64,000 bases of DNA from Taibaiella sp. (GCA_041660405.1 JBAZWL010000019.1:9792-73791); one strand, 5' to 3'; counted from the stretch's first letter, positions 17,134 through 27,086 are shown. Program-made: numbers and translations. The notes: generated by a model from the sequence alone, not told the origin.

Positions 17134-18795
17134 TTAATCATGCAAGATCTCACGGGCTCTCTGTATGGCCCCTTCAAAAGTATCTTTTATATTTGCTTTA
17201 CCTATTTTGAATTGTAGTCTTGATTTTTTCAACTCTTCCATAACCTTATCATTATTGATTTCTGCCAGTACCAACTTAGTTCCCTTCTTTTGTGCATCGT
17301 CACTTACTTTCTTTAAAACCTTTATACCGGTAGCATCAATTATGGGTACGTTTCGCATGCGTAGAATCAATACCCTTGCAGGTTTCCCAATGATGTTCAT
17401 CGCATCCTGAAATTTATAAGCCGCTCCAAAAAACAAGGGGCCATTGATTTCAAACACATTGACCTCCTTAGGTAAAGAATATTCTTTTACTTCATCCTCC
17501 TTCGCATCTTCGGAGGCATACGTCAACTGGCGGACAGAACTTATTTTCATGATGTTGTGCATAAAAAGAAAAGATGCCAGGATCATACCTATCTCTATAG
17601 CTACTGTCAGGTCTACCAGTACTGTTAATAAAAAAGTAATGAGTAATATAGCTGCATCGCTTCTGGAGCCTTTGAGTATGGAAATAAAGCTTTCCATTTC
17701 ACTCATGTTATAAGCTACTACGATCAAGATGCCGGCAAGCGTTGCCATAGGAATTAAAGCAGCCCAACGGCCTACAAAAAGCATAATGATCAATAAGGTA
17801 ATGGCATGGATAATGCCTGCTATAGGCGTTTTCCCACCGTTTTTAATATTGGTGGCAGTGCGGGCAATTGCTCCGGTAGCTGGTATGCCCCCAAAGATGG
17901 ATGAAAATATATTGGCTATTCCCTGGGCAATCAGCTCTGTGTTGGAACGATGTTTTCCACCAGTCATACCATCTGCTACTACAGCAGACAAAAGGGATTC
18001 TATTCCTCCTAACAAGGCTATAGTAAAAGCCGGGCCTATAAGGTGTTGAATGGTCTCCAGATCCAGGTTCGGTAACGACGGTGCGGGCAAGGTAGATGAA
18101 ATGGTTCCAAAGTGGCTACCAATAGTTTCTACAGGCAACCTGAACAGTTGGACCACTATCGTTGTAGCCATTATGGCCACTAAAGAACCCGGTACTTTTT
18201 GTGTTACCCTGGACCAGAATGTTATGATCAATAAAGTGGAAACACCAATGGCAATTGCATACCCATTAACGGAGGAAAAGTGTTGAATATAAGCAGACCA
18301 TTTATGAATAAAATCTGCGGGTACGGCCCCCATGTTCAAACCAAAAAAATCTTTCATCTGGGAAGAAAAAATGATGACTGCGATCCCGGTGGTAAATCCT
18401 ACAATTAATGGATATGGTATAAACTTGATAACATTGCCCAACTTAGCTATGCCCATAAACACAAGTAATATTCCGGCCATAAATGTGGCCATAATCAATC
18501 CATGAACGCCAAATTGCTGTACTATACCATATACGATAACAATAAAAGCACCTGTTGGCCCTCCTATTTGCACACGGCTTCCTCCTAAGGCTGAAATAAT
18601 AAAACCGGCTATGATAGCCGTAAATATTCCTTTTTCGGGCGAAACACCGGAAGCAATGGCAAAGGCAATAGCCAACGGTAGGGCTACAATCCCGACAATA
18701 ATCCCTGCAATCAGATCTTTGAAAAAAAGTTCCTTACTATAGCCTTTCAAGGCATCCAGAATTTTAGGACGGAACATGATCTTTATATTTTTCAT
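17134..18795 (-). CDS. SulP/SLC26 anion transporter with STAS domain
   Basis: DLIAGIIVGIVALPLAIAFAIASG, GGPTGAF, IESLLSA, GPLFFGAA, IDATG; ATGA overlap with the upstream MTase. Confidence 0.95.
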   Translation of the reverse strand: MKNIKIMFRPKILDALKGYSKELFFKDLIAGIIVGIVALPLAIAFAIASGVSPEKGIFTAIIAGFIISALGGSRVQIGGPTGAFIVIVYGIVQQFGVHGLIMATFMAGILLVFMGIAKLGNVIKFIPYPLIVGFTTGIAVIIFSSQMKDFFGLNMGAVPADFIHKWSAYIQHFSSVNGYAIAIGVSTLLIITFWSRVTQKVPGSLVAIMATTIVVQLFRLPVETIGSHFGTISSTLPAPSLPNLDLETIQHLIGPAFTIALLGGIESLLSAVVADGMTGGKHRSNTELIAQGIANIFSSIFGGIPATGAIARTATNIKNGGKTPIAGIIHAITLLIIMLFVGRWAALIPMATLAGILIVVAYNMSEMESFISILKGSRSDAAILLITFLLTVLVDLTVAIEIGMILASFLFMHNIMKISSVRQLTYASEDAKEDEVKEYSLPKEVNVFEINGPLFFGAAYKFQDAMNIIGKPARVLILRMRNVPIIDATGIKVLKKVSDDAQKKGTKLVLAEINNDKVMEELKKSRLQFKIGKANIKDTFEGAIQRAREILHD

Positions 18796-19397
18796 ACACC
18801 CCTTTTGATCCAAAAATTCAGGTTTCCCCCTTCCAGCGTATCTACAAGATCATAGCTGAGCGGAATTTCCTCATATAAAGAATGATACGTTGCTATCCGT
18901 GTGCCTCTGGGCATTAGCTGCAGGCTACCGTGCAAATGGCGTACATAGTATCGATACAGCTCTTCCGAATAATCAACATTATGGTCAATCCGGCCCTCAT
19001 CATTTAAGTTTTCGTAAAAGGAGTTGAAAAAATAGAAGTGATCAAACTGCAGGAGATTTAACTGCGTGAAATTGCCATGTATAAAAGAAACGTTGGAAAC
19101 GCCAATCTGCTTTTGTGCCCTTTGGGCCTCTTCGAGTACATATTCCCTTTGTTCAATACCGTAAAAGAAATGCCTGGGAGCGAAGCAAGCTCCTGCCAGG
19201 CAGAACTTACCCGCACCACTTCCAATATCAAGGATTTTGGCTGGAGGGCCTGAAGTTAAGAAATCTGTGGCCAGCCTTGCAACCTGGAGCGGAGTCCAAT
19301 GCTGTTGGGCCATGGCTTGTATCACATGGGAATAAAGGTCATTAAAATCGGTATCGGTTTTCAGGTATTTTTTTTGTTGTTGTATCTGGCGTTCCAT
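18792..19397 (-). CDS. Class I SAM-dependent methyltransferase, paralog of 16053..16649
   Basis: HWTP, ILDIGSGAGKF, GIEQR, HGNF, FYFFNSFYENL. Confidence 0.85.
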   Translation of the reverse strand: MERQIQQQKKYLKTDTDFNDLYSHVIQAMAQQHWTPLQVARLATDFLTSGPPAKILDIGSGAGKFCLAGACFAPRHFFYGIEQREYVLEEAQRAQKQIGVSNVSFIHGNFTQLNLLQFDHFYFFNSFYENLNDEGRIDHNVDYSEELYRYYVRHLHGSLQLMPRGTRIATYHSLYEEIPLSYDLVDTLEGGNLNFWIKRGV

Positions 19398-19533
19398 GTA
19401 TCGTGCTATTGCCCTTATTCTTTTTAATCATCTAAATGGATAAATGCAATGAGTATGCTATATATATTCTAATCAGCCCGTTTCCACTTGCATCATACAA
19501 GAGATTTGAAGAACTTATCGTAAGTTGCAGGTG

Positions 19534-19604
19534 CAAAATTATCCGGGAATTGAACGCGCATTTTTATAATTCCTCACCTTAAAATGTGATAAGAATCATT
19601 TTTT
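19534..19604 (-). promoter_or_regulatory. -7 element plus CRP-type box in the MTase-operon/Crp divergent region
   Basis: TAATTTTG (rc 19534-19541); half-site ...CTCAC at 19564-19577; AAATGTGA-TAAGAA-TCATTTTT from 19582. Confidence 0.65.
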
Positions 19605-19627
19605 GATGTTTAAATATTCTTTATGAA

Positions 19628-20335
19628 ATGAGCCTAAGAGGAATTTTTCCGATTGACAAATGGGATTTTAATTCCGACTCTGTTTTTACCAATTTTCCTG
19701 CCAAAGATTATGAGGAAATGACTAAGCATGCCCGGGAAGAAAAATATAAAAAGGGGCAAACCATTTTCAGAGAAGGAGGATTTCCTACAGGGATCTATTA
19801 TATACTGGAAGGAAAAGTAAAAAAGTACAAGGTTGATAACTTCGAAAAGGAACAGATTATATACGTTGCCAATACAGGTGAACTAATCGGTTATCATGCG
19901 GTTTTATCTACAGAACGTTATCCTGACTCGGCAACTGCCCTGGAGGAATGTATCATTTTATTTATTCCTAAAGAGGACTTTTTGAGGGTGTTGGAACAAT
20001 CTCCTACCCTCTCAACAAGGTTACTTAAGATGCTTAGCCATGAGTTTACAGTGCTCGCTAATAGCATTACCATATTCGCTCAAAGGCCGGTAAGGGAGCG
20101 CCTTGCAATTGCCTTGATTGTTTTGAGAGAAAAATTTAAGAAGGGAACTCCTGAAGGACAGCCGATTGCTATAAACATTAGCCGGGAAGATATCGCAAGC
20201 ATGGCCGGAACAACTAGGGAAAATGTGGTACGGCTACTTCGTGAATTTAAAGATGATAAATTAATAGAAACACAGGGAAGAAAAATCCGGGTATTGGATA
20301 TCAAAAAAATGATAGCCGTTTCCAACTATCAGTAA
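19628..20335 (+). CDS. Crp/Fnr family transcriptional regulator
   Basis: IFREG, YYILEGKVK, SREDIASMAGTTRENVVRLL. Confidence 0.95.
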   Translation: MSLRGIFPIDKWDFNSDSVFTNFPAKDYEEMTKHAREEKYKKGQTIFREGGFPTGIYYILEGKVKKYKVDNFEKEQIIYVANTGELIGYHAVLSTERYPDSATALEECIILFIPKEDFLRVLEQSPTLSTRLLKMLSHEFTVLANSITIFAQRPVRERLAIALIVLREKFKKGTPEGQPIAINISREDIASMAGTTRENVVRLLREFKDDKLIETQGRKIRVLDIKKMIAVSNYQ

Positions 20336-20387
20336 TAAATTTCACTTACAAAGTAAAGCGATAGTTAGCAATCTTGTCTCTCGCGAA

Positions 20388-20590
20388 AAGGTGGCCTTGT
20401 ATAATATCCTTATCATCTCCGTTTTCGCACTGGAATACGTAATCAAGTCTGCATTAGGCTACGATACTTACTGGTTGGTAATGGTCGCTACAATGCTGAT
20501 AGGAATCTATGAACTCAGTTCAATCATGGAGAACTTACTTGTTATAAATCCGAACCTGGTATTCATCAAGAGCTTTATAAAACTCAATGT
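20388..20590 (+). pseudogene. Phage holin-family fragment
   Basis: Two TM segments then YELSSIMENL (E..SI.EN holin pattern); no convincing N-terminus. Confidence 0.5.
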
Positions 20591-20603
20591 TATATGCAGT
20601 ATA

Positions 20604-21344
20604 TCAGTTGAACAAATTGTTTTCTTGATTTGTAATGTCTCTTTTTGCGCCCTCTAGTAAGTACATTGTCTTACAACTTGGGCAAAAAAGGAAGTACTCG
20701 TAATAATATGTCTGGCCTGGCTTCGCTACTTTCCTTTTTGTTGGCTTTTTCACAACACTTGTCCCACATTTTCTGCATGCATCTCCTTCCTCACTAACCT
20801 TATTTTTTGGGGAGTTATTTTGAACGTAATCTCCTTCACTCATTTCATCATCTTGAAATTGTGTTGGCTGGTAACCAACGTCAACAAGTAAATTGTCGCC
20901 TCGTAAGGCTGCTAAAGCAAGTTCGTCGCATCTTTCATTTTCGACATGCCCTGCATGACCCTTAACCCAATTAAATTTTACTTTATGTTGTTCTGAAATA
21001 AGAGTTAATAGCCTGTCCCACAAATCAAAATTGATTGCTTTTTCAGTTTTTGTACGATACCAATTTTTTGCCTTCCATTTTTCCGCCCAACCCTTTTCTA
21101 TCCCATCAATTACATAACGAGAATCGGAGAATACATTCACAACTGACTTTGTTTTAAGCTTTTCGAGTCCGTAAATAACTCCCATAAGCTCCATTCTATT
21201 ATTCGTTGTAAATTCGTAACCTTGACTAAACTCTCGTTTAATGCCCTTGTAAGACATGATTAAACCAAACCCACCTTTTCCTGGGTTAGGTTCAGCTCCA
21301 CCGTCTGAATACAAGTTTACTTCTGGTATCTCATTCCAATCCAT
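20604..21344 (-). CDS. rnhA: Ribonuclease HI with C-terminal Cys4 zinc ribbon
   Basis: YSDGG, TTNNRMEL, FSDSRY, WVKGHAG, NERCD; tail CRKC...CPSC. Confidence 0.9.
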   Translation of the reverse strand: MDWNEIPEVNLYSDGGAEPNPGKGGFGLIMSYKGIKREFSQGYEFTTNNRMELMGVIYGLEKLKTKSVVNVFSDSRYVIDGIEKGWAEKWKAKNWYRTKTEKAINFDLWDRLLTLISEQHKVKFNWVKGHAGHVENERCDELALAALRGDNLLVDVGYQPTQFQDDEMSEGDYVQNNSPKNKVSEEGDACRKCGTSVVKKPTKRKVAKPGQTYYYEYFLFCPSCKTMYLLEGAKRDITNQENNLFN

Positions 21345-21639
21345 GAAACAATGGTCAATTTATATTATGGGTAACTTATGAATAGACACAACCATCCATC
21401 TTATAAGTCCTTGAATTATATTTTTTTTAGTAATGTGTGGTTAGAACTCCCGAAATCAATACAGAATACCCAAAGCACAATTAACTATCCTGCATATCGC
21501 GTATCCTACATACGTCTTTATAAAATATTACCTATAAACGGAAGTGGTAAGCCTGGAGAAACTGAAATATTAAAACAAAGCAATAAGGGCTGACTGTAAA
21601 CAAAGGGTTGAGATACCTGCAAATTTAAAAATCAACGCC

Positions 21640-22050
21640 ATGCAAATAGAGGAAGTAAAAATAGAAATTTATGATAAGCGGGAAGAATCAATCTCGATAA
21701 TGTACGTTCAGCAAATTTCAGATAACAAGTTTAGGATGATTGATAACGATATCTTCAATTGCAGACTGACACTGGGAACTGAATTTGAAACAAGAATGAA
21801 TAATGAAGGGAGGCACGAAATAATAAGAGTCACAAAAGAATCCGAATTTGTAACAAGACGCTTTCTCTTGACCACTCAATTTAAGGAATCTGAATACAGA
21901 TTATTAGGAGACGAAATAATGAAGCAGGGTGGATTTTGGCAAACTGATTTCGGTGGTATTGCAACAATTAATTTACCCAAAGAATGTAACCTTGACCTTG
22001 ACGAAATGTTCAAGATTTTTGAGTTCATGCCCACTGAAATAAAAGATTAA
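21640..22050 (+). CDS. Hypothetical protein, DUF4265-like
   Basis: 136-aa ORF; F.M.DN.IF...LTLG..F...V.KES...TRR pattern. Confidence 0.55.
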   Translation: MQIEEVKIEIYDKREESISIMYVQQISDNKFRMIDNDIFNCRLTLGTEFETRMNNEGRHEIIRVTKESEFVTRRFLLTTQFKESEYRLLGDEIMKQGGFWQTDFGGIATINLPKECNLDLDEMFKIFEFMPTEIKD

Positions 22051-22078
22051 TCGCTTGACCAAAACTAACTATGGTTAT

Positions 22079-22553
22079 ATGAGGCAATTACCAATAATGA
22101 TATTGCTTTTCATGTTTTCTTGTTCTGGAACAGTAAAAAGCAATCTTAATGAAGAAAATGAAATGACATTTAGCGAGAATGAAATATTAGAACGGTTAGA
22201 CTTAGCGTTTAAAGGAACGCCTGGCAAATATTTTCCAAAGGGACGGCCAGAAGATATTAAGTATAATTTCTTTCTTGACCTTGAGCACGGTTATTGTGAA
22301 ACAGCAGGAACCAGAATTCATTTATATGCTGATTCAACAAGATGGGCTATTGTGCTAGAGAAAAGTGGCTATCAAAATCGTGAGATTTCTGCAGAAATAG
22401 AATTGGATTACATAGGAAACTGTTTTGATTATCCCATTGACAATTATCCCGAAAGAAACTATATAACAAACTCAAGCTGAGTAATTCTTATTCACTCAGC
22501 AGAATTTGAAAGAATCGAGAATAAAGAAGGTACTGAAATGGAAGCTTTCGAGC
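22079..22553 (+). pseudogene. Truncated lipoprotein-like gene (DUF7003-like)
   Basis: FSC lipobox-like, FLDLEHGY...RIHLYAD..RWAIV.EK.GY; in-frame TGA at 22478, frame continues (VILIHSAEFERIEN) until cut at the ATPase-copy junction. Confidence 0.55.
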
Positions 22554-22846
22554 TTTGTTATTTCTCTTAAAGCATTACGGCTTCTCGTATCCTGGTACCA
22601 TGAAATGGAAGCAACCAATATGATTGCTCCAGCAAGAAAAAAACCATCACTTATGCTTTCATTCAAAAAATATACAGCGGAGGCAACCAACAATAAGATG
22701 ATCATAGGTTCCCTGACTAGCCTTCCTACCTGAATTAAAAAGGCGTAGTGCTTTTTGTAACTGAGCAGGTTATAACCGTGCACCGCTCTGGATGCGATAA
22801 CTTCAGCGTCGGTTAATCCCTTAATATCTTTTTCAGCAAGAGGCAT
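22551..22846 (-). pseudogene. 5' fragment (~98 codons) of the P-type ATPase 11248..13749
   Basis: Near-identical to 13455-13749; breaks at AGCTT. Confidence 0.92.
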
Positions 22847-22880
22847 GTATAAATGAATTTCATTAAAACGAAAAAAGTTT

Positions 22881-22902
22881 TGCCTGTCTGGAAAGACAGG
22901 CA
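22881..22902 (-). terminator. Terminator-like hairpin downstream of 22958..24022
   Basis: TGCCTGTCT-GGAA-AGACAGGCA; A-run at 22871-22877 reads as a U-run on the minus strand. Confidence 0.55.
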
Positions 22903-22957
22903 GTGTAAGGGTTTATGGGGGCAAGGAGATGATACATAACGCTAACTGTCTTTAAAT

Positions 22958-24022
22958 CTACTGGTATTGAATATAGATTGGCCTTGGGGACAACTTTAAT
23001 ATTTCTTCAGGTTGCATGATACTGTTATACCCTTTTGAGAGATCATAACGATAAAAAAGCTTGAATCCAGTGAATTGAACAGGTTCACGGACGATGGCAC
23101 CTTTATAACTATCTATTTTTTTTGCGGGGAAACCGAAACCATCCATATGCATAACGATCTGCACTTCGGGACGGATAATGATGTCTTTATAATTGGTGAC
23201 CATATCTGTAGTAAAGCGATGTACTACCAAAATCTTAGGAGGAAGCTTATATTTCCTTACCAGGTGTGCCAGATGGGCCGAGGCAAGGTTAATATCTGAA
23301 GCATCGAAGGAGCCAATAACCGTACACGGTACCTGCCCTCCTTTCATCGAATATTCTGGATCAATACCAAGATGTACATCAGGTTGTTGTAAGAATGAAT
23401 CCAGATAGACCAACTCCTGTTCGAGTGAGCCCAAGCCAACCTGTATATCCAGGAACGTAATGCCTCCTATTTTTCTGGAGAGTTCAAGAGCTTTGCTCAT
23501 TTCAGAAGCTGGCATTCTTAAACGGTACTTACCGTCTTTACCAGGGTTATCCTGAGCTGTTACCGCAATATAGTGAAGTGCTGGTTTTACAGGTGTCAAA
23601 GGGTCGGCATGTTCCCATTTTTTTTGCTCCATATTAAGTCGTTGGAGCATTTCTTCGGGAGGAATTTCACCAAGAATGCCCATTCCCTTGGAATAAAAAT
23701 TTCCGTAATAAGCCACTATCCGGTAAAATGGTAGTAGTGCACCTGCCAAAGGATAATGGGGGCCTTTAATTGGCCATGTTTCCGAAGTCTTGCCATTCAG
23801 GACTTGCATCATTCGTTTATCATACTGGATAGTATCCAGGAGGTATATCTTCTTCCTTCCGGAAAGACTATCCGGTATTTCATAGTTTGCATCAGAACCA
23901 TCGCCCGGAGCGGCATTAGCGTGAACAGCGGAAACCGATAGGTTGATACAAACTAAAGCAATTATTCCCCCTTTGCATACAGCAGTAACTTTTGACAGGT
24001 TTAATTTGAAAAGAGATAACAT
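22958..24022 (-). CDS. Exported conserved hypothetical protein (possible TIM-barrel)
   Basis: Signal-like N-terminus; IVAYYGN, MGILGE, YIAVTAQ, LDIQVG, HLGIDPE, MDGFG. Confidence 0.75.
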   Translation of the reverse strand: MLSLFKLNLSKVTAVCKGGIIALVCINLSVSAVHANAAPGDGSDANYEIPDSLSGRKKIYLLDTIQYDKRMMQVLNGKTSETWPIKGPHYPLAGALLPFYRIVAYYGNFYSKGMGILGEIPPEEMLQRLNMEQKKWEHADPLTPVKPALHYIAVTAQDNPGKDGKYRLRMPASEMSKALELSRKIGGITFLDIQVGLGSLEQELVYLDSFLQQPDVHLGIDPEYSMKGGQVPCTVIGSFDASDINLASAHLAHLVRKYKLPPKILVVHRFTTDMVTNYKDIIIRPEVQIVMHMDGFGFPAKKIDSYKGAIVREPVQFTGFKLFYRYDLSKGYNSIMQPEEILKLSPRPIYIQYQ

Positions 24023-24072
24023 ATCAGATTTTTAAAAACTAAGAAACAAAACAGATCCGGGTTTTAGTCCTG

Positions 24073-24116
24073 CGAAGTAAGCGTGATCCTATGTCCTGAG
24101 AAATGACGGCAGTCAC
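24073..24116 (-). promoter_or_regulatory. -7 element plus FNR-like box
   Basis: TTACTTCG (rc 24073-24080), 22-nt gap, ATGACGGCAGTCAC 24103. Confidence 0.7.
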
Positions 24117-24249
24117 CAATATAGGCCATTCTTATCATCTTTCAACACCAAATTGAAGGTGAATATCGAACAGATATTAAGTAGTATGAAAGTTTTTCGT
24201 GTAATTTCTCGTGGCTAGAAGGAGGACATTCTTTAAATCCATTACTTCT

Positions 24250-24315
24250 GTAACAGATGTCATTGTTACCATTGAATTTCATCATTGCCATTGATTCGAT
24301 CTTCAAATATTTTTA
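24250..24315 (+). promoter_or_regulatory. Tandem FNR-like boxes plus -7 element for the second P-type ATPase
   Basis: GTAACAGATGTCAT 24250, TTGAATTTCATCAT 24272, 22-nt gap, TATTTTTA 24308. Confidence 0.65.
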
Positions 24316-24383
24316 CACACTATTAATCCAAAAAAATCTTTCAGCAAACGTTGTATGTTACGAGCTGAACATAAACCTGGCAA

Positions 24384-26963
24384 ATGAATTGGCACAGTAT
24401 AAGCATAACCGATATTTTTGCACTGCTACAAACAGGCCGGCAAGGACTAAGTATAAGTGTTGCTGAGGAAAGACTATTGCAAGATGGTACAAATGAGTTA
24501 CCGGAAGCAAAACGGAAAAATGCTTTACTAATATTGCTTGCGCAGTTTAAAGATGTAATGATCCTGATCTTATTGGCAGCTGCAATTATTTCGGGTATCA
24601 TCGGTGACCTGATGGATACTATAGTAATTCTGGTCATCGTTCTTTTAAATGCATTTATTGGTTTTTTTCAGGAATATCGGGCAGAAAAAGCAATGTTGGC
24701 ATTAAAACAAATGTCTGTGATGCAAGCCCGGGTCAAGCGTAGCGGAAGTGTTATGTGGCTTCCGGCGAGCTATCTCGTCATGGGTGATGTTATATTATTG
24801 GAAGCCGGTAATGCCGTTCCTGCCGATGTACGTTTGATAGAATCTAACAATCTTAAAATTAACGAAGCTTCACTTACAGGCGAATCAAATGCAGTAACTA
24901 AAGTCGTTGATATACTGGGAGAAGAATTGGTGCTGGGAGATAGAAAGAATATAGCATTCAAGGGCACTTTTGTAACCTATGGCCGGGGCATGGGTATAGT
25001 GATAGCCACAGGTTTAAATACAGAACTCGGACGTATTGCAAAAATGCTGGAAGAAGCGGAAGTCCTTACTCCACTGCAACAACGCATGGCTACTTTTGGA
25101 AAAACCCTTTCTTTATTAGTACTGTTTCTATGCATCTTGTTCTTTTTTGCCGGTTGGATGCGCGGTGAGGATGCTGTCAAGATGATACTTACCAGCATCT
25201 CACTTGCCGTAGCAGCAATTCCAGAAGCCTTGCCAGCTGTTATTTCAATTTCCCTGGCACTGGCAGCCAAAAGAATGATCCGCTACAACAGTTTGATCAG
25301 GAAACTTAATGCCGTGGAAACACTCGGCTCTATTACCTACATATGCACAGACAAGACGGGTACACTTACTAAAAACAAAATGTATCTCGAAAACCTGTTT
25401 GTAAAAGGACAATTGTATGATCGAGAAAGTTTGTCCGCGATAAGAAATGACGAAACAGTCAATTTATTATTGCATGCTTTTGCATTGAATAATGATGCTG
25501 TTGAAACGGCAGAAGGTGTGATTAAAGGAGACAGCACAGAGGTTGCTTTAATGGAGGCTGCAATAGATCAGGGTATGAAAAGGGAAGCATGGCCGCGGCT
25601 GACGGAAATTGCGTTTGATTCTGAAAGAAAGCTCATGACAACTTTCCACAGCCATGGCGGCAAAATTATATCTTTTACTAAAGGGGCGCCTGATATCTTG
25701 TTACAGAAATGTGTGGGTATTGATGTAGAGGCTTTGCAATTACAACTAAATAATATGGCCGCTAATGGTAACAGAATATTGGGATTCGCTTATCGCCAAT
25801 GGAACGCGCTACCATCCTTTATAGATGTTGAAGAACACGAATCCGGCTTACAGTTCTTAGGGCTGGCAGGTCTTTTGGATCCGCCAAGAGAAGAGGTATT
25901 TGAAGCCATCAATCAATGTAAGGTAGCTGGTATAGTCCCGGTAATGATAACAGGAGATCACCCACTTACCGCCAAATCGATTGCAGAGAGAATTGGCATC
26001 GTAAACAATGAAAGTGATTTGATCGTTACAGGCCAGGAGTTAGCAGCATTTGACGAGGACACTTACATGGCTAAGGTTGAAAAGATAAAGGTATATGCAC
26101 GTGTATCACCAGAGCAAAAACTGCAGATCGTAAAAATGCTACAGCACAAGGGTCAGTATGTAGCTATGACAGGAGATGGAGTAAATGACGCGCCATCCTT
26201 AAAAAGGGCGAACATTGGAATTGCAATGGGCATTACAGGCACAGATGTATCCAAGGAGGCTGCACACATGATCTTACTGGATGACAATTTTTCAACTATT
26301 ATCAAGGCAATAAGGGAAGGAAGAAGGGTTTATGATAATATCCTTAAGTTTATCAGGTACCTGATGACAACCAACTCCAGTGAGCTCTTGGTTTTGCTAT
26401 TGGGCCCCATGATGGGGTTGCCTATTGCACTACTCCCTATACATATCCTATGGATAAATCTGGTTTCCGATGGCCTGCCTGCCATTTCACTTTCCTTTGA
26501 GCGGGAAGAAAAAAATATTATGAACAGACCACCAAGGCCGCCGCAGGAAAGCATTTTTGCCGATGGAAGAGGCTTGCACATGTTGTGGGTCGGTATACTT
26601 ATGGCTGGCATTGTACTTATTGCTCAAAGTTGGGCAATCAGAAAAGGATTGCATTGGCAAACCATAGTATTCAATATATTAAGCCTTAGCCAGATGGGAA
26701 ACCTATTGGCCATACGGTCGGAACATCACTCTTTATTCAGTATAGGCATATTCTCCAATAAGCCATTAATAAGATCCGTTTTGGCAGTGTTCCTGGTACA
26801 ACTCGCCATTACCTATATCCCTATGTTACAACCGGTTTTCAAAACCCAGGCGCTAACATTTAACGAATTCATTTTAGTAACCGTTGCCTCCCTCCTCGTA
26901 TTTAGCGCTGTTGAAATTGAAAAACTCATTTTCAGAAAAACCATGCGGAACAACGTATTCTAG
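24384..26963 (+). CDS. P-type ATPase, type IIA (Ca2+-type)
   Basis: TGES, AAIPEALP, DKTGT, DPPR, GDGVNDAP, LWINLVSD. Confidence 0.95.
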   Translation: MNWHSISITDIFALLQTGRQGLSISVAEERLLQDGTNELPEAKRKNALLILLAQFKDVMILILLAAAIISGIIGDLMDTIVILVIVLLNAFIGFFQEYRAEKAMLALKQMSVMQARVKRSGSVMWLPASYLVMGDVILLEAGNAVPADVRLIESNNLKINEASLTGESNAVTKVVDILGEELVLGDRKNIAFKGTFVTYGRGMGIVIATGLNTELGRIAKMLEEAEVLTPLQQRMATFGKTLSLLVLFLCILFFFAGWMRGEDAVKMILTSISLAVAAIPEALPAVISISLALAAKRMIRYNSLIRKLNAVETLGSITYICTDKTGTLTKNKMYLENLFVKGQLYDRESLSAIRNDETVNLLLHAFALNNDAVETAEGVIKGDSTEVALMEAAIDQGMKREAWPRLTEIAFDSERKLMTTFHSHGGKIISFTKGAPDILLQKCVGIDVEALQLQLNNMAANGNRILGFAYRQWNALPSFIDVEEHESGLQFLGLAGLLDPPREEVFEAINQCKVAGIVPVMITGDHPLTAKSIAERIGIVNNESDLIVTGQELAAFDEDTYMAKVEKIKVYARVSPEQKLQIVKMLQHKGQYVAMTGDGVNDAPSLKRANIGIAMGITGTDVSKEAAHMILLDDNFSTIIKAIREGRRVYDNILKFIRYLMTTNSSELLVLLLGPMMGLPIALLPIHILWINLVSDGLPAISLSFEREEKNIMNRPPRPPQESIFADGRGLHMLWVGILMAGIVLIAQSWAIRKGLHWQTIVFNILSLSQMGNLLAIRSEHHSLFSIGIFSNKPLIRSVLAVFLVQLAITYIPMLQPVFKTQALTFNEFILVTVASLLVFSAVEIEKLIFRKTMRNNVF

Positions 26964-27010
26964 GGGAGCTAATACTGCTTTGAGTTTAAGAACTGTTATA
27001 CACAAGCCTT

Positions 27011-27076
27011 TTGACATGAATCACATTATATCATGACTGGCATCATAGGATAGAGTATCAAATCACCACAATTTTG
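27011..27076 (+). promoter_or_regulatory. ppsA promoter: tandem FNR-like boxes plus -7 element
   Basis: TTGACATGAATCAC 27011, ATGACTGGCATCAT 27033, 22-nt gap, CAATTTTG 27069. Confidence 0.8.
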
Positions 27077-27086
27077 CTTAAAAAAG

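Noticed and set aside
20391-20657. Complete 88-aa holin gene
   Set aside because: Lacks the expected N-terminal part and its tail overlaps the RNase H 3' end; treated as a fragment
21378-21593. 71-aa ORF
   Set aside because: No motif, low-complexity AT-rich composition; cannot be supported
20580-21640. Bona fide integron attC sites around the RNase H and DUF4265-like genes
   Set aside because: Only GTT/AAC core-like words are visible; no full attC hairpin and no integrase
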